Shown in pieces: positions 13,170 to 26,795 of a stretch of DNA of 64,000 bases. Each line of letters starts with the position of its first letter. Within the stretch, counting starts at the first letter, position 1. The translations under genes were made by a program, and so were the position numbers. The notes below the pieces were generated by a model, which was not told where the DNA came from, made no database searches, and saw only the letters and a list, made by a program, of their open reading frames with translations. Source of the stretch: Octopus sinensis (lineage: Eukaryota); the NCBI RefSeq assembly GCF_006345805.1, contig NC_043000.1, positions 153,078,001 to 153,142,000 on the forward strand, read 5' to 3'.

Positions 13170-14480
13170 AAAGTCAGATTCTTCTACCGCGATACATTTG
13201 CCTATTCTAAAGTAAATTTTGTAGCAATGGCAACTAGATTTATTTTTCTGTCTGTTATTTGTCATACGAAAGAGAATTTAATCACTCTTGTGTTATTCTT
13301 GACCGAAGACATGTCTTTAATCGTTTTGGTAGAGAAAATGTTTGTTCAGCAGTAGCAGATGTTGCAAGAATTAGCAGTAAAAGTTGGCAAATTGTACAAA
13401 TATCTGATATTATGTACTTACCATCGGCTGTTTTTTTTTTCATTTCAGAGGGTCTGTAACAGTGCTTTTCAAACATTTTTTTTAGCTATCACCCACTTTC
13501 TTTTACTGACAATTTTGACGTACCCTGACTGCGATTCAGCAAAATTGAATACCCTACATTTATATTTCCTTATATATGTACGCATAAATCAGGACATTAA
13601 GAAAGAACTACATTTGCAGTGGTCGTATTTAATGCACGCTTAGCAATACCCACAAATTCTGACATCTTCCAAATTATACTTTAGTTTATTATCTACAATT
13701 TACATCATAAATGTGGTATATATTAGGTATTGTTTATTTACTTATTCACGTTTCGAACTTTATTATTATTGTTGGTGTTCGTGTAATTCTGGCTAACAGA
13801 TAAGTTTCACAATATTTCATTTAAATTAATCTTAAAAGTTAGGGTACACAAGCATTTATCCATTCCCTACACATGCATTCCCTATTGCTCCTGTTGTCTC
13901 CAGAAGTTTTATTAAAATTTCCCTCGTCCTTAAAGGACCGTACCTCCCCCTTAGAGAAGTATTGGTCAATAATGTGAGCCAAACAACTGAGGTCTCACAG
14001 CAGCTGTAAGCTCAACCACCAAAGAATTGGGATAAAAAATTATTTGAATTATAGCTTTGCGCTAATAAAACTGATTTCTGATGTTTTTGGTGATCTGTTG
14101 TAAAAGAAATGTCTCCACCCACTAATATATCTTGTGATTGAAGTATATCTTCTACAGTTCCAATTTTAATTTTATTAGGGACCTTTCGTTTTTGAGGTAA
14201 TACAAATTCTGGAACGAAGTGGTATCCCTTTGCCTTCTACACAATATCAGGGTGTCAAATGAATTTAATTCCTTAAAATGAATTTAATTCCTTTAGTACA
14301 GTTGTTTCATCCACATGTCGATATTTTAGCTCTTTGCATTGACGTTAACAAATTGTCTGTATTCAAGTACAAGAGCTGGCTAAGATTTAGTCCAATGAAG
14401 AAATAAATGTTTTCATTTGAGTCAGGTATCCAACTGGAGAGCTTCAAAAATTGACTACCTGTTGTGGCTGTACATGTTCT
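13170..14480 (-). mobile_element. hAT transposase relic (ZMYM1-like type), including C-terminal dimerisation domain
   Basis: LLLILATSATAEQTFSLPKRLKTCLRSRITQE (hATC). Upstream LPQKRKVPNKIKIG and YFFIGLNLSQLLYLNTDNL. Many stops and frameshifts. Confidence 0.7.
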
Positions 14481-14762
14481 TACCAATACTTGCTCAAGAC
14501 TGAATTTTTGCAGTTTTTGTTTGCGTCTTCAAAACAACACCGATAATAATGTGTGATTTAAGATTAGTTATATTTAGTTATAATTACAAAACTAGTATGC
14601 AATTAAAATGAAAGTCAATACGGTTATATTTTCTAAAAGAAAATTAATCAAAAGAGGCTTTTGACTTCAAACTTTTATAAAATATGCCTCTTCAAAATCG
14701 ACGATAAATACTAAAAGTTCTTAAAATCCTCGATCTCTTCCCTTTTGATTCAGTTACATACC

Positions 14763-14989
14763 TATTTCTTTACTACCCACAAGGGGCTAAACACAGAGAG
14801 GACAAACAAGGACAAACGGTTTAAGTCGATTACATCGACCCCAGTGCGTAACTGGTACTTAATTTATCGACCCCGAAAGGATGAAAGGCCAAGTCGGCCT
14901 TTGCGGAATTTGAACTCAGAACGTAACGGCAGACGAAATACGGCTACGCATTTCGCCCGGCGTGCTAACGTTTCTGCCAGCTCGCCGCC
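14763..14989 (-). mobile_element. SINE family D with 17 bp TSD
   Basis: Reverse complement of the 7769 copy. TSD tgattcagttacatacc at 14746-14762 and 14990-15006. Confidence 0.92.
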
Positions 14990-15705
14990 TGATTCAGTTA
15001 CATACCGATCGTAAAATCCCAATCGCAGAATAGTATGTTACCTGGGTGTGAACTTATATAGTTTCACACGTAATGTATTATTCTGTTTGTTAAGACGCGA
15101 ATGATTTATTCTAAATCATGAAAACAGTTTCCCCTATTAAAAATTCAAATCCGAAAGTGTTAATTAATAAAGTAAAAATAAATAGCAAGTTCCATTAAAA
15201 TACGTATTAACAATTCATAAAGCAAAAAACTTGGTTGTTTGAGATTATCCATGAAGTCTACGTAGTATTTATTTCTAATGTTTACAAACTGAACGTAAAA
15301 CAAATAACAACATTCATTGTTAATTTGCTTTTAACCGCCGTAGACAAACGAGCTAATGTTTAGCTCCTGCTGCTTATGTATTGGTTCCCAGGCAACGTTC
15401 AGGATTTTAACACTGTTGACACCGCCAGAGTGAATGGTATTGCCCAGGTGTCGAAACACTAGTGATATTCGTTTGGCAGCTGATGATGAAAATGCATGTT
15501 TGATATGCTAGTTTGTGAATTTTTATATCTTGGTGTCTCGTTATTCCGAGTCATCTTTCATGGTTGAATTAATTTGGGGGTTCACCGTTTATGGCGATTA
15601 CATATATTGCTTGATTGACTTAATGGATAATCTCCTTTACTTGGTATAATACTTAGTAATTGATTTCTAGCTTTGAAACGGTTTGTGTCATATATATATA
15701 TATAT

Positions 15706-15903
15706 GTAACCACATCTGGAGCGTTGGCGATTGTTTTCCTCCGTCTTGCATTTCTCTTGGACTTTCCTCCGTCTCCTGATTCTAACGAAGAGCTTTGCTC
15801 GAAACATAAAACTACCTTTCTTTCCTTCCTTGAGCGTCTGCTAATACTTTGCATGCGCCACATCCTCGCGTTGTTTTTCTTGTGTTTTTCTTCGTTTTTG
15901 GGA
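15706..15903 (+). mobile_element. Family X hammerhead-bearing cassette (diverged)
   Basis: ctaacga-agagctttgctc-gaaa at 15782-15804 (core G5 mutated). Flanked by (TA)n. Confidence 0.65.
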
Positions 15904-15914
15904 TATATATATAT

Positions 15915-15944
<30 letters not shown>

Positions 15945-15947
<3 letters not shown>

Positions 15948-16070
15948 TATATAGAAGGAGCTTCTACAGGACTAGAACTGTTTCATTCAAGAGAAATCAT
16001 CAGGAAGCTTCCTGATGATTTCTCTTGAATGAAACAGTTCTAGTCCTGTAGAAGCTCCTTCTATATAATA
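15945..16070. repeat. Perfect 126 bp palindrome (63 bp arms, no spacer) with two back-to-back hammerhead-like cores
   Basis: Centre between 16007 and 16008 (AAG|CTT). CTGATGA-tttctcttgaat-GAAA at 16012-16034, with its mirror on the minus strand. Confidence 0.95.
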
Positions 16071-16122
16071 AATTAATTGAGTACCTTATTTACTGTGGTT
16101 AACCCCGAATCAACCCGGGACC

Positions 16123-16167
<45 letters not shown>

Positions 16168-16213
16168 CAATAATAAATCTCTGAACGAGATGTAAACAGT
16201 AACTGTACGACAA

Positions 16214-16509
16214 TGTGAGGCATACTAGCCATCTCAATATGGCTAACCACTAAGGGTGGGTGTTACTGTAGCTTGTAGCACCAGGAGAACATCGTCTCCA
16301 GCTGGCTTTACGCCGACGACTGGTCAATACCTAGAAACTGCAGTCTGTGCGTATCACTTAGCTTGACGAGGGAGGGATGACCTTCCTTTGCAAATACCAT
16401 AAGGGCACAGGAAGTGTGCCTAATGCCATCTGGAGACGATATTCTCCTGTGGCTACAAGCTACAGTAACACCCATCCTTAGTGGTTAGCCATATTGAGAT
16501 GTCTAGTAT

Positions 16510-16517
<8 letters not shown>
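16214..16517. mobile_element. MITE with ~93 bp terminal inverted repeats
   Basis: 16214-16306 vs reverse complement of 16425-16517, with a few mismatches. No ORF. Superfamily not determined. Confidence 0.8.
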
Positions 16518-16600
<83 letters not shown>

Positions 16601-17734
16601 TAAATGTATTTATATATTAACACAATACACACGCACGCACATGCATGCATGCATACATACATACATACATACATACATACAAACATACATATATATATAT
16701 ATATGTATGTATACACACACACATATGCCTGTATGTATGCGTGTATGTATGCGTGTATGAATATTAAAAATATTTTCGAAGGCCGCTACAATGCAAATTG
16801 GCAACAAGGGTGTGAAAATTTAACAAAACCAAAGAATAAACCAGAATTGACAATTCTTTCTTATATTACGATATTTTTCACTTTCGAAAAAACCTCTTGT
16901 TAGCCTAAAATGGTGATTAAGCTTAGCTTTGATCTGCATATATATTGGGATTTGTAAGGAGTTCCCTTATCTGTAAATTGGTAGTGCTAAATTAAACAGT
17001 TAGCCTCACACAACTCTTGTCTGTTGTTAATGGTGGGATTTGAATTCATGGAAATAAGAATGGTTTCTTTAATCCACAGATTTCTGATATTCCGTTCTGT
17101 GGCTTTTTTGGCCCCATTATGCCATTATTGAAATTTCCCCTGATGTTCTTTAGCAGAAGAAGCATTTATATGAATGTGTTCCTTAACGATGATAAGTCAG
17201 CTAGACAAAAGTTACTTGCGAGAGAGTATTTCTGTGCTCAGAGTTTTATGTAATATCTACCTGTTGGGTCTAAACGATAGGGTCAAGGAGTATGGTTGTG
17301 TGTCGCATAAGGGGAAAATAGGAAGGGATATATTTTTCACAATCGACTATGAAAAGAGAAAAGAGCCGTAACGAGAGAGGGAAAATAACACGAGAACTGA
17401 ACAATGATGGCTAACAGAATGTGGCAGAAGCTTAATGAACTGTATACATAAGGAAAATTTCATGATTGTTGAGTTATAATGAGAAAATATTCGTTTAAGA
17501 ATCTGATAAAGATAACTAGCTAATGCAGTTGTTCTAATGAATGCTGAGTTGAGAATTGATAGTATATGCAGCCGTATTGCTAAATTTACAAAGTATAAAA
17601 CTAAGAAACTTAAAAGATGTTTTTAACGATATCTGTAATTAATGAATCTATTGGCAATTTACATTTAAATTCGATCTTGAAGGATAAAAATATACATAAG
17701 CTTTTACAATTACATTCCATCCAGCCTGTAATTG

Positions 17735-18293
17735 TTCTTTCGTAACAATTATATTCCATCCAGCCTCTTGCTTATTTTACCATTCAGTGTGGATAAAAGA
17801 TAAGGTCGACCGCAGCTATATTCGATTTTAGAGCCCTGAGGGTGAAATGTAATACTGTTGGGCTCAGTCTGACATCCTGCCATTTCTGCCGTCTATTCGT
17901 GTCATTGAGAAGTGATTTATACTCCTAGTTAATGTAAAGTAAAATAAGGGGTTTGTGATCTAATACATTTTGCAGGGATCCGACAGGCCATAATGAAACT
18001 ACGAGGTGAATTAGAATTAAAGAATAGCTTTTCAATTAATGAAGATATTATTACTACCTCTTTAACTTATTAAACTATTTACAAATATTTAAAGATTAGT
18101 GAACGTAGCCTTATGAATGGTTAGCTGTGATCTAGTTTGCAAAGATTTGATCTGTTGGAAAACAACAAAGTGCAACTTTGGACTGGTCCTTTTACATTGA
18201 CGGAACTGCATCGGATTTTGTGTATCAGCATGGGTACTCTAAAATGGCTGACTGAAATGCCGCCAGAACATACTTCCAGGATGCATCATTTTT
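17735..18293 (+). repeat. ~540 bp dispersed direct repeat, copy 2
   Basis: Matches 10519-11059. Preceded by a 39 bp local tandem duplication. Confidence 0.95.
17976..18005 (+). CDS. Candidate 30-nt micro-exon (xDPTGHNETT), copy 2
   Basis: ctaatacattttgcag|...|gtgaat, with a CTAAT branch-point-like motif. Phase 2-2. Confidence 0.3.
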
Positions 18294-18835
18294 GCATATA
18301 CATACAAAATTTACATAACCTTTTAACAGTTGAAAGCACAGATTAGGAAATATGCATTAATTTCACATAAAGACCTACCATGTGTAGATTGTTATCAAAT
18401 TACAATAAACGATTAGCTATGTTACATTTAAAGGAATTTAAAGAAAGTTGCCTAAGTAAGCGTGAATGTAGAAATTCTTATATTTGTTATAATGTATGTG
18501 AGAATATCAATAGCGAAGACTTACAAGTTATTAATAATAAAGAATTAAGATTGCTCGTTTTGAAATGAAGCAAGCATAGGGTACTAGAGATTTAAATAAA
18601 TGATTAAACAAAGACACCCCCCCACACACACACAATAGAAATAGTACTAGATGATTAATTAAGAAATTTAGAAATATTCGAGATGTACATTATGATATTT
18701 GAAATCACAAAAAAATAATTTCGGTTGACAGCTCGGAGTTAAATTTAGATGTTAAATATGATAAAGTAAATGGTTAGTTATTTATGAAATATAAAATTAG
18801 AGAATTTGCTAAAGAGTACACTTTCGTTCGTACAG

Positions 18836-18986
18836 TTATGCTGAGAGAGGCTGGATACGAGTTGAGCAGTCAATCGACGCTTCGCATCGGATGATTGCTG
18901 TCACTTCTGTAGCCTTCGGCTTGACATCAGCCATTTTTGTTGTAGCATGTGTAGGAGATAGACGGCTTGAACGGGTTTCCCAATAG
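18836..18986 (+). CDS. Candidate terminal coding exon with a hydrophobic segment
   Basis: ctttcgttcgtacag|T then YAERGWIRVEQSIDASHRMIAVTSVAFGLTSAIFVVACVGDRRLERVSQ*. Phase fits the 30-nt micro-exon. No homology recognised. Confidence 0.3.
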
Positions 18987-20069
18987 GCAGAAACGTTGGT
19001 TTTATTGGGATTATCACATTATCTATTTAATGATTCGAATTCATGTTATAAGCTATCAAAAATGTTTGAGTTGTGTTTTTCATAATAGTAGATTGTGGTT
19101 CATTCAATTGTCATATCTGATTTTGAATGCGTGTATTTAGGGCATTAAGTGTTCGTAGCTGGTAAGTATATGCTATTTGTTTAAAATAATAGGGGGTTAA
19201 GTTGTGATAATTATGTTGCAGGTGCAAACTATTAGATCTATGCGTTCCCTGGAAGCATTAAATTATATGTTTCTGAGACTGTTTGACACCGACGAAAGTA
19301 GTGGTCCTGTCAACAGATGTCAAAATCTCATTGATGTCCGTTAAGCAGTTAAAGAGAGAGCTCCTGGGTTTATTAATTTTATTCGTTAGTTGATTATATT
19401 TCTAAGGTTATCTGATTGATTGAGTGCTAGTGATTGAGAACTATAATCAAATGATAGCCTTAAGTTAGACATGATCTTAGCCAATCTTTGGCCCAAAACA
19501 TATCTAAGTTATATATTTGTAGGTGTGGTTGTTTATATGTTTATAAAAGTTAATGCTGGATGTTGATATTTGGTCATGATGTTTATCTGTAGATTATATT
19601 AGTATTTAGCAGGTTCTTAAATTACACATTTGATTCTTTAATTCTTGAGGGTTTACGGTTTATGTCATACTCTTTTGGATTGGACTGGTTTCAGTTATTT
19701 AATCTGAAGGCAGATTTTAGGTGAGAGGTGTAAAATAGCATGTCAACTAATCAATATAGGGTAAATACACTGCGTAAATATTTTGTGTATATATGTATAT
19801 ATACAGACACACACACACACATATATATAAGTGTGCGTGAATGTGTGTGTGTTTGTGTGTGTATGTGTGTCTGGGCATAAATACAAAATACATGTGCTCA
19901 TATCAAATTTTTCAGCCTGCGAAAAATACTAGCCGTATCTCCATAAAATTAACATACTAGAGTTGTATAAAAGGAAGAACACATTTAATTATTTAGTTGT
20001 TGATATGGAAAATTACTGTATCTTTGATATGTTCTCTCGTTGGGGCGAAACAAGGTTTATGTATGCATG

Positions 20070-20070
20070 C

Positions 20071-20101
<31 letters not shown>

Positions 20102-20162
20102 TGTATGTATGTATGTATGTATGTATGTATGTATGTATGTATGTATGTATGTATGTATGTAT
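20070..20162. repeat. (TATG)n tetranucleotide array at the start of a ~1.6 kb microsatellite-rich tract
   Basis: Directly visible. Source of the YIHT/MYVC pseudo-ORFs. Confidence 0.95.
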
Positions 20163-20412
20163 GAGAATGTGTGTATTATATATATATAATCCATATTGAT
20201 GTACGTATGTGCACGTATATATATATATATATATTAAGTGTGGGTACGTAAGTGTCGATATATATGTGATATATGTACATACAGACGTGTACGTATACAC
20301 ATACTCGTCTGTATGCGAGTGTCTGTGAATAGGAATATATATATATGTGTGTGTGTATGTATGTATGTCTGTATGTATGTATGTATATATATATATATAT
20401 AGATATATATAT

Positions 20413-20503
<91 letters not shown>

Positions 20504-21171
20504 TATATGTATGTGTGGGAGGGAAAAGGTACATAGATTTATACATAGCAAGAAAAGCAAGAGCGGGAAAGAGCGAGAGAGAGAGAGAGAAGGGGAGGGA
20601 GAAAGGTAGAGGGAGAGTTAATACGTGATGAGTGGAGAGAAATCTAAGTGCGTGTAAGCGTGTACATATGTATGTTCTTGTGTACATAAATGTGGAAGGA
20701 AGAAAAGAGACAAAAGATAACAAATTAAATAAACACCAAGCAATTGGCAAGTCTCCAGCTGAGAGAACTAGAAACCATTTCCCAAGACTTAGTTTATTTA
20801 ATGGCCAGATGGAGCTGCTTCTAATGGAAATGCAATCATTAACAAACTTGACTTAACAGCTTTAGTCCTCTGGACCGTCGATATATTCAGTGTTTCGTGT
20901 GATCTCTTACTAAACTGTTCGGGAAGTTTACATACATATGCACATACATACATACATACATGCACACATACATACATACATACATACATACACACACACA
21001 TACATACATACATACATACGTACGTACATACATACATACAAACGTACATACATACATATGTAATAGTATATATATGTGTAGTGTGTGTGTGTATATATCC
21101 ACATAAATATAAGTATATACATACATATATATACATGTAAATACCTTTATATATATATATATTATATATAG

Positions 21172-21205
<34 letters not shown>

Positions 21206-21493
21206 CTGTAAATACCTTATATATATATATATATTATATATATATAATATATTATATATATATGTGTGTGTGGTGTGTGCGTGTCTGTAAATACCTTTAT
21301 ATATATATATATTATATATATATATATATATATGTGCGTGTGTGTCTGTACATATATATATATATGTACAGACACATATTCACATGTACACATATACTAT
21401 ATAAACATATATACATATATATATATATTCATATAAATACATGTATATACATATATGCATATATATACATATATATAAACATATATATATGTT

Positions 21494-21541
<48 letters not shown>

Positions 21542-22171
21542 AGTGTGTGTATACATACAGATAGATAGATATATAGATAGATAGACACACATACAAACAT
21601 ACGCAAATATCTATTTCTGTATATGTTATTCATAAATTTATGTGTACATAGAAATGTGTAGACATACATATTCGCAGACAAATACATTTGTTAATGTGAA
21701 TGCGCGTGTACATCGATATATAGAAATATAGACAATAAATAGACAGACTGACAGACAGATAGGTAGATAGATAGATAAATAGCAGTGTGTGTATGTGGGG
21801 CAGAGGGAGGGAGAGAGAGACGGGGGAGGGAGGAAGAGAAAGAAAGAGGAAGCGAGCATTGAAGAAGTGAAAGTTAGAAAGATACCCCCACAAGCCCAAT
21901 TCGTAGACTTAAGCCTATGCAGGAACTTCTGCACAGCTACACATATACAGACCGCACTTCACCACAGGAACATATAAAATACACATACCAAGACACACGT
22001 AGCATCACACATAGACATTGGTTGATATAGGCGCAGCAAAAGCCCACACGTATGCGCATTCATCGCTCAAACACACACAGACAACACGAGCAAAACAATG
22101 TCACAGATTATGCACACAACATATGCAAATACAATGGCATACAAATACATACATATGTCTGTGTGTGTGTG

Positions 22172-22202
<31 letters not shown>

Positions 22203-22203
<1 letters not shown>

Positions 22204-22612
22204 CTCTTTTACTCTCTTACTTGTTTCAGTCATTTGACTGCGGCCAGGCTGGAGCACCGCCTTTAGTTGAGCAAATCGATCCCGGGACTTATTCTTTGTA
22301 AACCCAGTACTTATTCTATTGGTCTCTTTTGCCGGACCGCTAAGTGACGGGGACGTAAACACACCAGCATCGGTTGTCAAGCAATGCTAGGAGGACAAAC
22401 ACAGACACACAAACACACACACCACACATATATATATACATATATACGACAGGCTTCTTTCAGTTTCCGTCTACCAAATCCACTCACAAGGCATTGGTCG
22501 GCCCGGGGCTATAGCAGAAGACACTTGCCCAAGATGCCATGCAGTGGGACTGAACCCGCAACCATGTGGTTGGTTAGCAAGCTACTTACCACACAGCCAC
22601 TCCTGCGCCTAT
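22203..22612 (-). mobile_element. SINE family A, full length
   Basis: Reverse complement of the family A layout. Confidence 0.92.
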
Positions 22613-23317
22613 ATATATTTTTTCATATATATATATATATATATATAAACCCTGCACGACTTCTATACACACTGTCTTTTACTACCCGCCATTGCTTCTT
22701 CACCAAACTTTTTGGCGCCCTCCGATTCTTCCCCTCTCTTCCTCCCATCCTCCTCCCCTCTTCCTCCCATCCTCCTTAATCCCTCTTCTCCTTTTCTCTT
22801 GGTCACTGATTCTGTCCCCTGCCTTCCACCCTCTTTGATTCCCTCTCTCTCTGTTCTCTCTTTCTCTCTCTGCTGCTTCTTAAACCATTCTGTTGGCCTT
22901 CGTATCTCGACCCGTGTCCCCGCTACCGAAACGGTAATTATTTCTACACAGCTATGTGTTGTTGTTGTTTCTGTCTCATTTGGTCTAAAGTCGTTTATGA
23001 CAACCACCGTTATATATATTTTGTTTATTCATTACTGTTTTCAATTTCGTTTTCGTCTCTTGTATTCACATCCGTCTTGTGCGTTCACATTCCTGTCTTC
23101 TACAAGAAATCTAATGCTTACAGCTTAGTTTTTTTTTCTTGGGGCTGGCCGAGTTGGAGCAAATATCAGAATTGAACAGCCGAAATTTGCTATGATGATT
23201 GGTGTCTGACTGAAGATTGAAGGCTTCGAATGATTGTCTGTGTTCCGTGTTCGTCCCTTCCTGTATTTCACGTTCATTATATATATAAAAATATATTCAT
23301 ATATATATATATATAGA

Positions 23318-23397
<80 letters not shown>

Positions 23398-23400
23398 AAT

Positions 23401-23615
23401 GGCGGCGAGTTGGCAGAAGCGTTAGCACGCCGGACGAAATGCGTAGCCGTATTTCGTCTGCCGTTACATTCTGGGTTCAAATTCCGCCGAGGTCGACTTT
23501 GCCTTTCATCTTTCGAGGTCGATAAATTAAGTACCAGTTACGCATTGGGGTCGATGTAATCCACTTAATTCGTTTGTCCCCTCTGTGTTTAGCCCCTTGT
23601 GGGTAATAAAGAAAT
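23401..23615 (+). mobile_element. SINE family D
   Basis: Homologous to 7769-8000. Abuts a Helitron. Confidence 0.88.
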
Positions 23616-23626
23616 ATATATATATA

Positions 23627-23994
23627 TCTCTATATATAAACGGCAGTTTGTCTGTGTGTGTTTCTGTGTGTCTGTCAGGTTGTACCCTCACCCTGACCAC
23701 GGCTTTCAACCGATTCTGATGAAACTTGACACACACATAGCCCAATGTCATAATTCAAAACTAACGCAGCGAAAATTTTGAAAATTTCCCCAGTTCTGAA
23801 AAAAATCGATATATTCGACATGGAGTCGAGAATCAGAAACACAAACCACAGACTGTCTAGGGGACGCAACTCGACCTTTTTAACTAAAAAAAAAATTACC
23901 ATCATTTTTTTTCCATTTTTTGGCTATAACTCTCTAAAAATGCTTTATAGTTATTTCCCTTACAAACCCGAGCAACGCCGGGCGATACTGCTAG
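23627..23994 (+). mobile_element. Non-autonomous Helitron, subfamily 1
   Basis: A|TCTCTATATATAAACGG...cccgagcaacgccgggcgatactgCTAG|T. Near-identical to 59585-59965. Confidence 0.88.
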
Positions 23995-24031
<37 letters not shown>

Positions 24032-24424
24032 ATGTATATATGTATATATATGTATGTATGTAAGTATGCATACATCATTCGGACAAACAGACATATTGAC
24101 AAACAGACAAGCATGGACGAACAACTTTTGCACGCAGACTGACAAACATAACACATCACAGAGCAAATACATGCACGTAACCATGCTACGTCAATGGTTC
24201 GCACATAAATACACATTACCGTGTGTAGACATGTGCTGTTTCATGTATGGGAATATATGCCTTATGCTTTTGTCACTAAAAGCTTATATGATCATATAGA
24301 AATGTTTAGCGAAATTTTAAAAGGTACGGGTGTACGTATATACGTATGTATGTATGTATGCACATACATACATACATATACACAAACACACAGACACACA
24401 GACACAGACACAGACACAGACACA

Positions 24425-24458
<34 letters not shown>

Positions 24459-24701
24459 TTTTCTCTAGTTTCAGCTCAGAGCTGCGGCCATGCTGATGCA
24501 CCGCCGTTTTGTGCTACACTGTTATTACGAAGAACCTCCTCTAATATGTGGCACTTGGTGAGAATGGCGAAGAATATATATACATATATATATATATATT
24601 ATATATATATATATATATAATTATATAATATATATATAACAATATATATATATATATATATAATATATTAACCCATATATATATTATATAGTATTATATA
24701 T

Positions 24702-24740
<39 letters not shown>

Positions 24741-25343
24741 TGTATATATTATAGAGCGTGGTGTGTGTGTATGTACATGTGCATGTGTGTCTGTGTGCAG
24801 CAATGTCTCGCTGTGTGTGTGAATGAATTCTTCCCGAGTACTCCCTCACTCTCATTCTCTTTGCCTATCTATTGACCGATCGACCGATCGATCGATCGAT
24901 CAATCAATCAATCCATCGATTAATCTCTGTATTTCTCCTATTGTTGATCTATCTGTGTCTGGATGTATCTCTCTCTTATTCACCCTCTCTCCCTTTCTCT
25001 CTCTCCTCCTTCTCTCTCTGTATATATATATATATATATATAATATATATATATACCTATGTGTGTACATATATGCATATTCCTATACCTATAATGTCTG
25101 TGTGTGTGTGTATGTGTCTTGTATATATACACCTGTATATCTATATCTATATCTATGTGTATGTATATATATATAAATATATATATATTATTTATATTAT
25201 AGTATATTATATATATATATATATAATATACTATAATATAAATAATATATATATATATATATTTTTTATATATACATACACATAGATATATATATATATT
25301 ATTTATATTATAGTATATTATATATATATAATTTATATTATAG

Positions 25344-25418
<75 letters not shown>

Positions 25419-25677
25419 TATATATATATTGAGACATGCGTGCGCGTGCGTACAGACACGCACCCCCCACACACATACACCCATCGTTGTTTCATTTTCG
25501 CTGTCTGGCTGTTTAATTGCTGTAGTTCTGCTTTAGAAATTTCCTCCCCCCCCTTTTTTTTTTTTCTTTTCTTAATGACTCTATCAGCTTTCGCTAAGGT
25601 TAGAACAAGTGCATTATCATAATTGTTATTTCCCTGATACTTATTACTTTTGTCTTCGTTTGATTGCGAGTTGTTAT

Positions 25678-25682
25678 TGTTA

Positions 25683-25725
<43 letters not shown>

Positions 25726-25745
25726 CATTACTATTATTATTATTA
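25678..25745. repeat. (TAT)n microsatellite
   Basis: Directly visible. Confidence 0.95.
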
Positions 25746-26122
25746 CATCTTGGCTTTCCAGTTGTTGTTGCTTATCGTCCGCCCCTTATCATCTTCGCCT
25801 ACTGTCTCAGCTTCCATTCTGCTTCAACAGAACTTGATTTATTGTTGTATTTGTAGCTGTTGCTTACATTGTTCTTCATTGTTACAAATAACCATAGTTA
25901 TAACCATAGCCTGGGTGGTATTCTCATAATCTAAATATGGATAATGACCGATTGTTAGACGCTTCTGATTGAGATAAAGTGCCGCTCTTTGTCCTGCTCA
26001 ACAATGGAACAAATGAGCTATCGATACCTGTGAAATATGAAATTCGAATAAGTAACCGCGGACCTAGATAGGGATATACTCTTCTGTTGTTTCTCGTTTC
26101 TGTATGTAGATGTATATCTATC

Positions 26123-26512
26123 CAGCTCTGCAGACCTTTTCGACTCGAAAGTCGCCGTTCCCTCATGGATGGTGGTTTTCCAGAGTGGTCTGTTTTTTTG
26201 CCGTTTCCTCCCAGTTAGTGAAGTCGATATCACACTTTTTGAGGTTCGTTTTCAGGGAGTCCTTGTAGCGTTTCTTCTGACCTCCTTTTGTACGTTTGCC
26301 GTCTTTGAGTTGGGAGTAGAAGATCTGGAGGAGAAAAGACGACGACGGAAGGAGCGCCAACAACAACCACGTGCGACTCTCTCTTCCGGCACTAGATGTC
26401 CGCATTGCGACCGATCTTTTCAAGCAAGAATTGGTCTTATCGGTCACCTACGGACTCACCAGTAAATTTGCGCGAAGACCATCATCCTCGACCTTGAGGG
26501 ATTGCCATCATC
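26123..26512 (+). mobile_element. 5'-truncated RTE-clade LINE with inverted 5' segment and 11 bp TSD
   Basis: Minus-strand QIFYSQLKDGKRTKGGQKKRYKDSLK...FESKRSAEL joined to plus-strand LEEKRRRRKE...CPHCDRSFQARIGLIGHLRTHQ*. TSD gtatatctatc at 26112-26122 and 26513-26523. Confidence 0.88.
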
Positions 26513-26534
26513 GTATATCTATCAAACTATATCA

Positions 26535-26795
26535 GTGTGGAGGCGCGTGGCTTAGTGATTAGAGTGTTGAACTCATGATCGTAAGGTTCTGGTTTCGATT
26601 CCTTGACCGGGCTATACGTTGTGTCCTTGAGCAAAACACTTCATTTCACGTTGCTCCAGTCTACTCTGCTGGCAAAAATGAGCAATCCTGCGACGGACCG
26701 GCGTCCTGTCCAGGTGGGTAATTTCTACGCCACTGAAACCGGGAAACCGGCCCTTAAGAGCCTGGCATGGCTCGAGAAGGAACATATATATATAT
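26535..26795 (+). mobile_element. SINE family B with TSD
   Basis: Homologous to 8893-9155. aaactatatcagtg at 26524-26537 and 26796-26809. Confidence 0.9.

Noticed and set aside
11301-14295. Short tandem duplications (21 bp near 11305, 19 bp near 14268)
   Set aside because: Ordinary slippage. Two units only, not CRISPR-like.
19141-19161. 21-nt ag|...|gtaagt segment followed by a ~60 nt intron-like stretch
   Set aside because: Lies after the candidate stop and leads into a short frame. The region may be an old LINE on the other strand. No support.
25924-26025. Minus-strand possible terminal exon IDSSFVPLLSRTK...
   Set aside because: Acceptor-like site only, with no homology and no partner exons.
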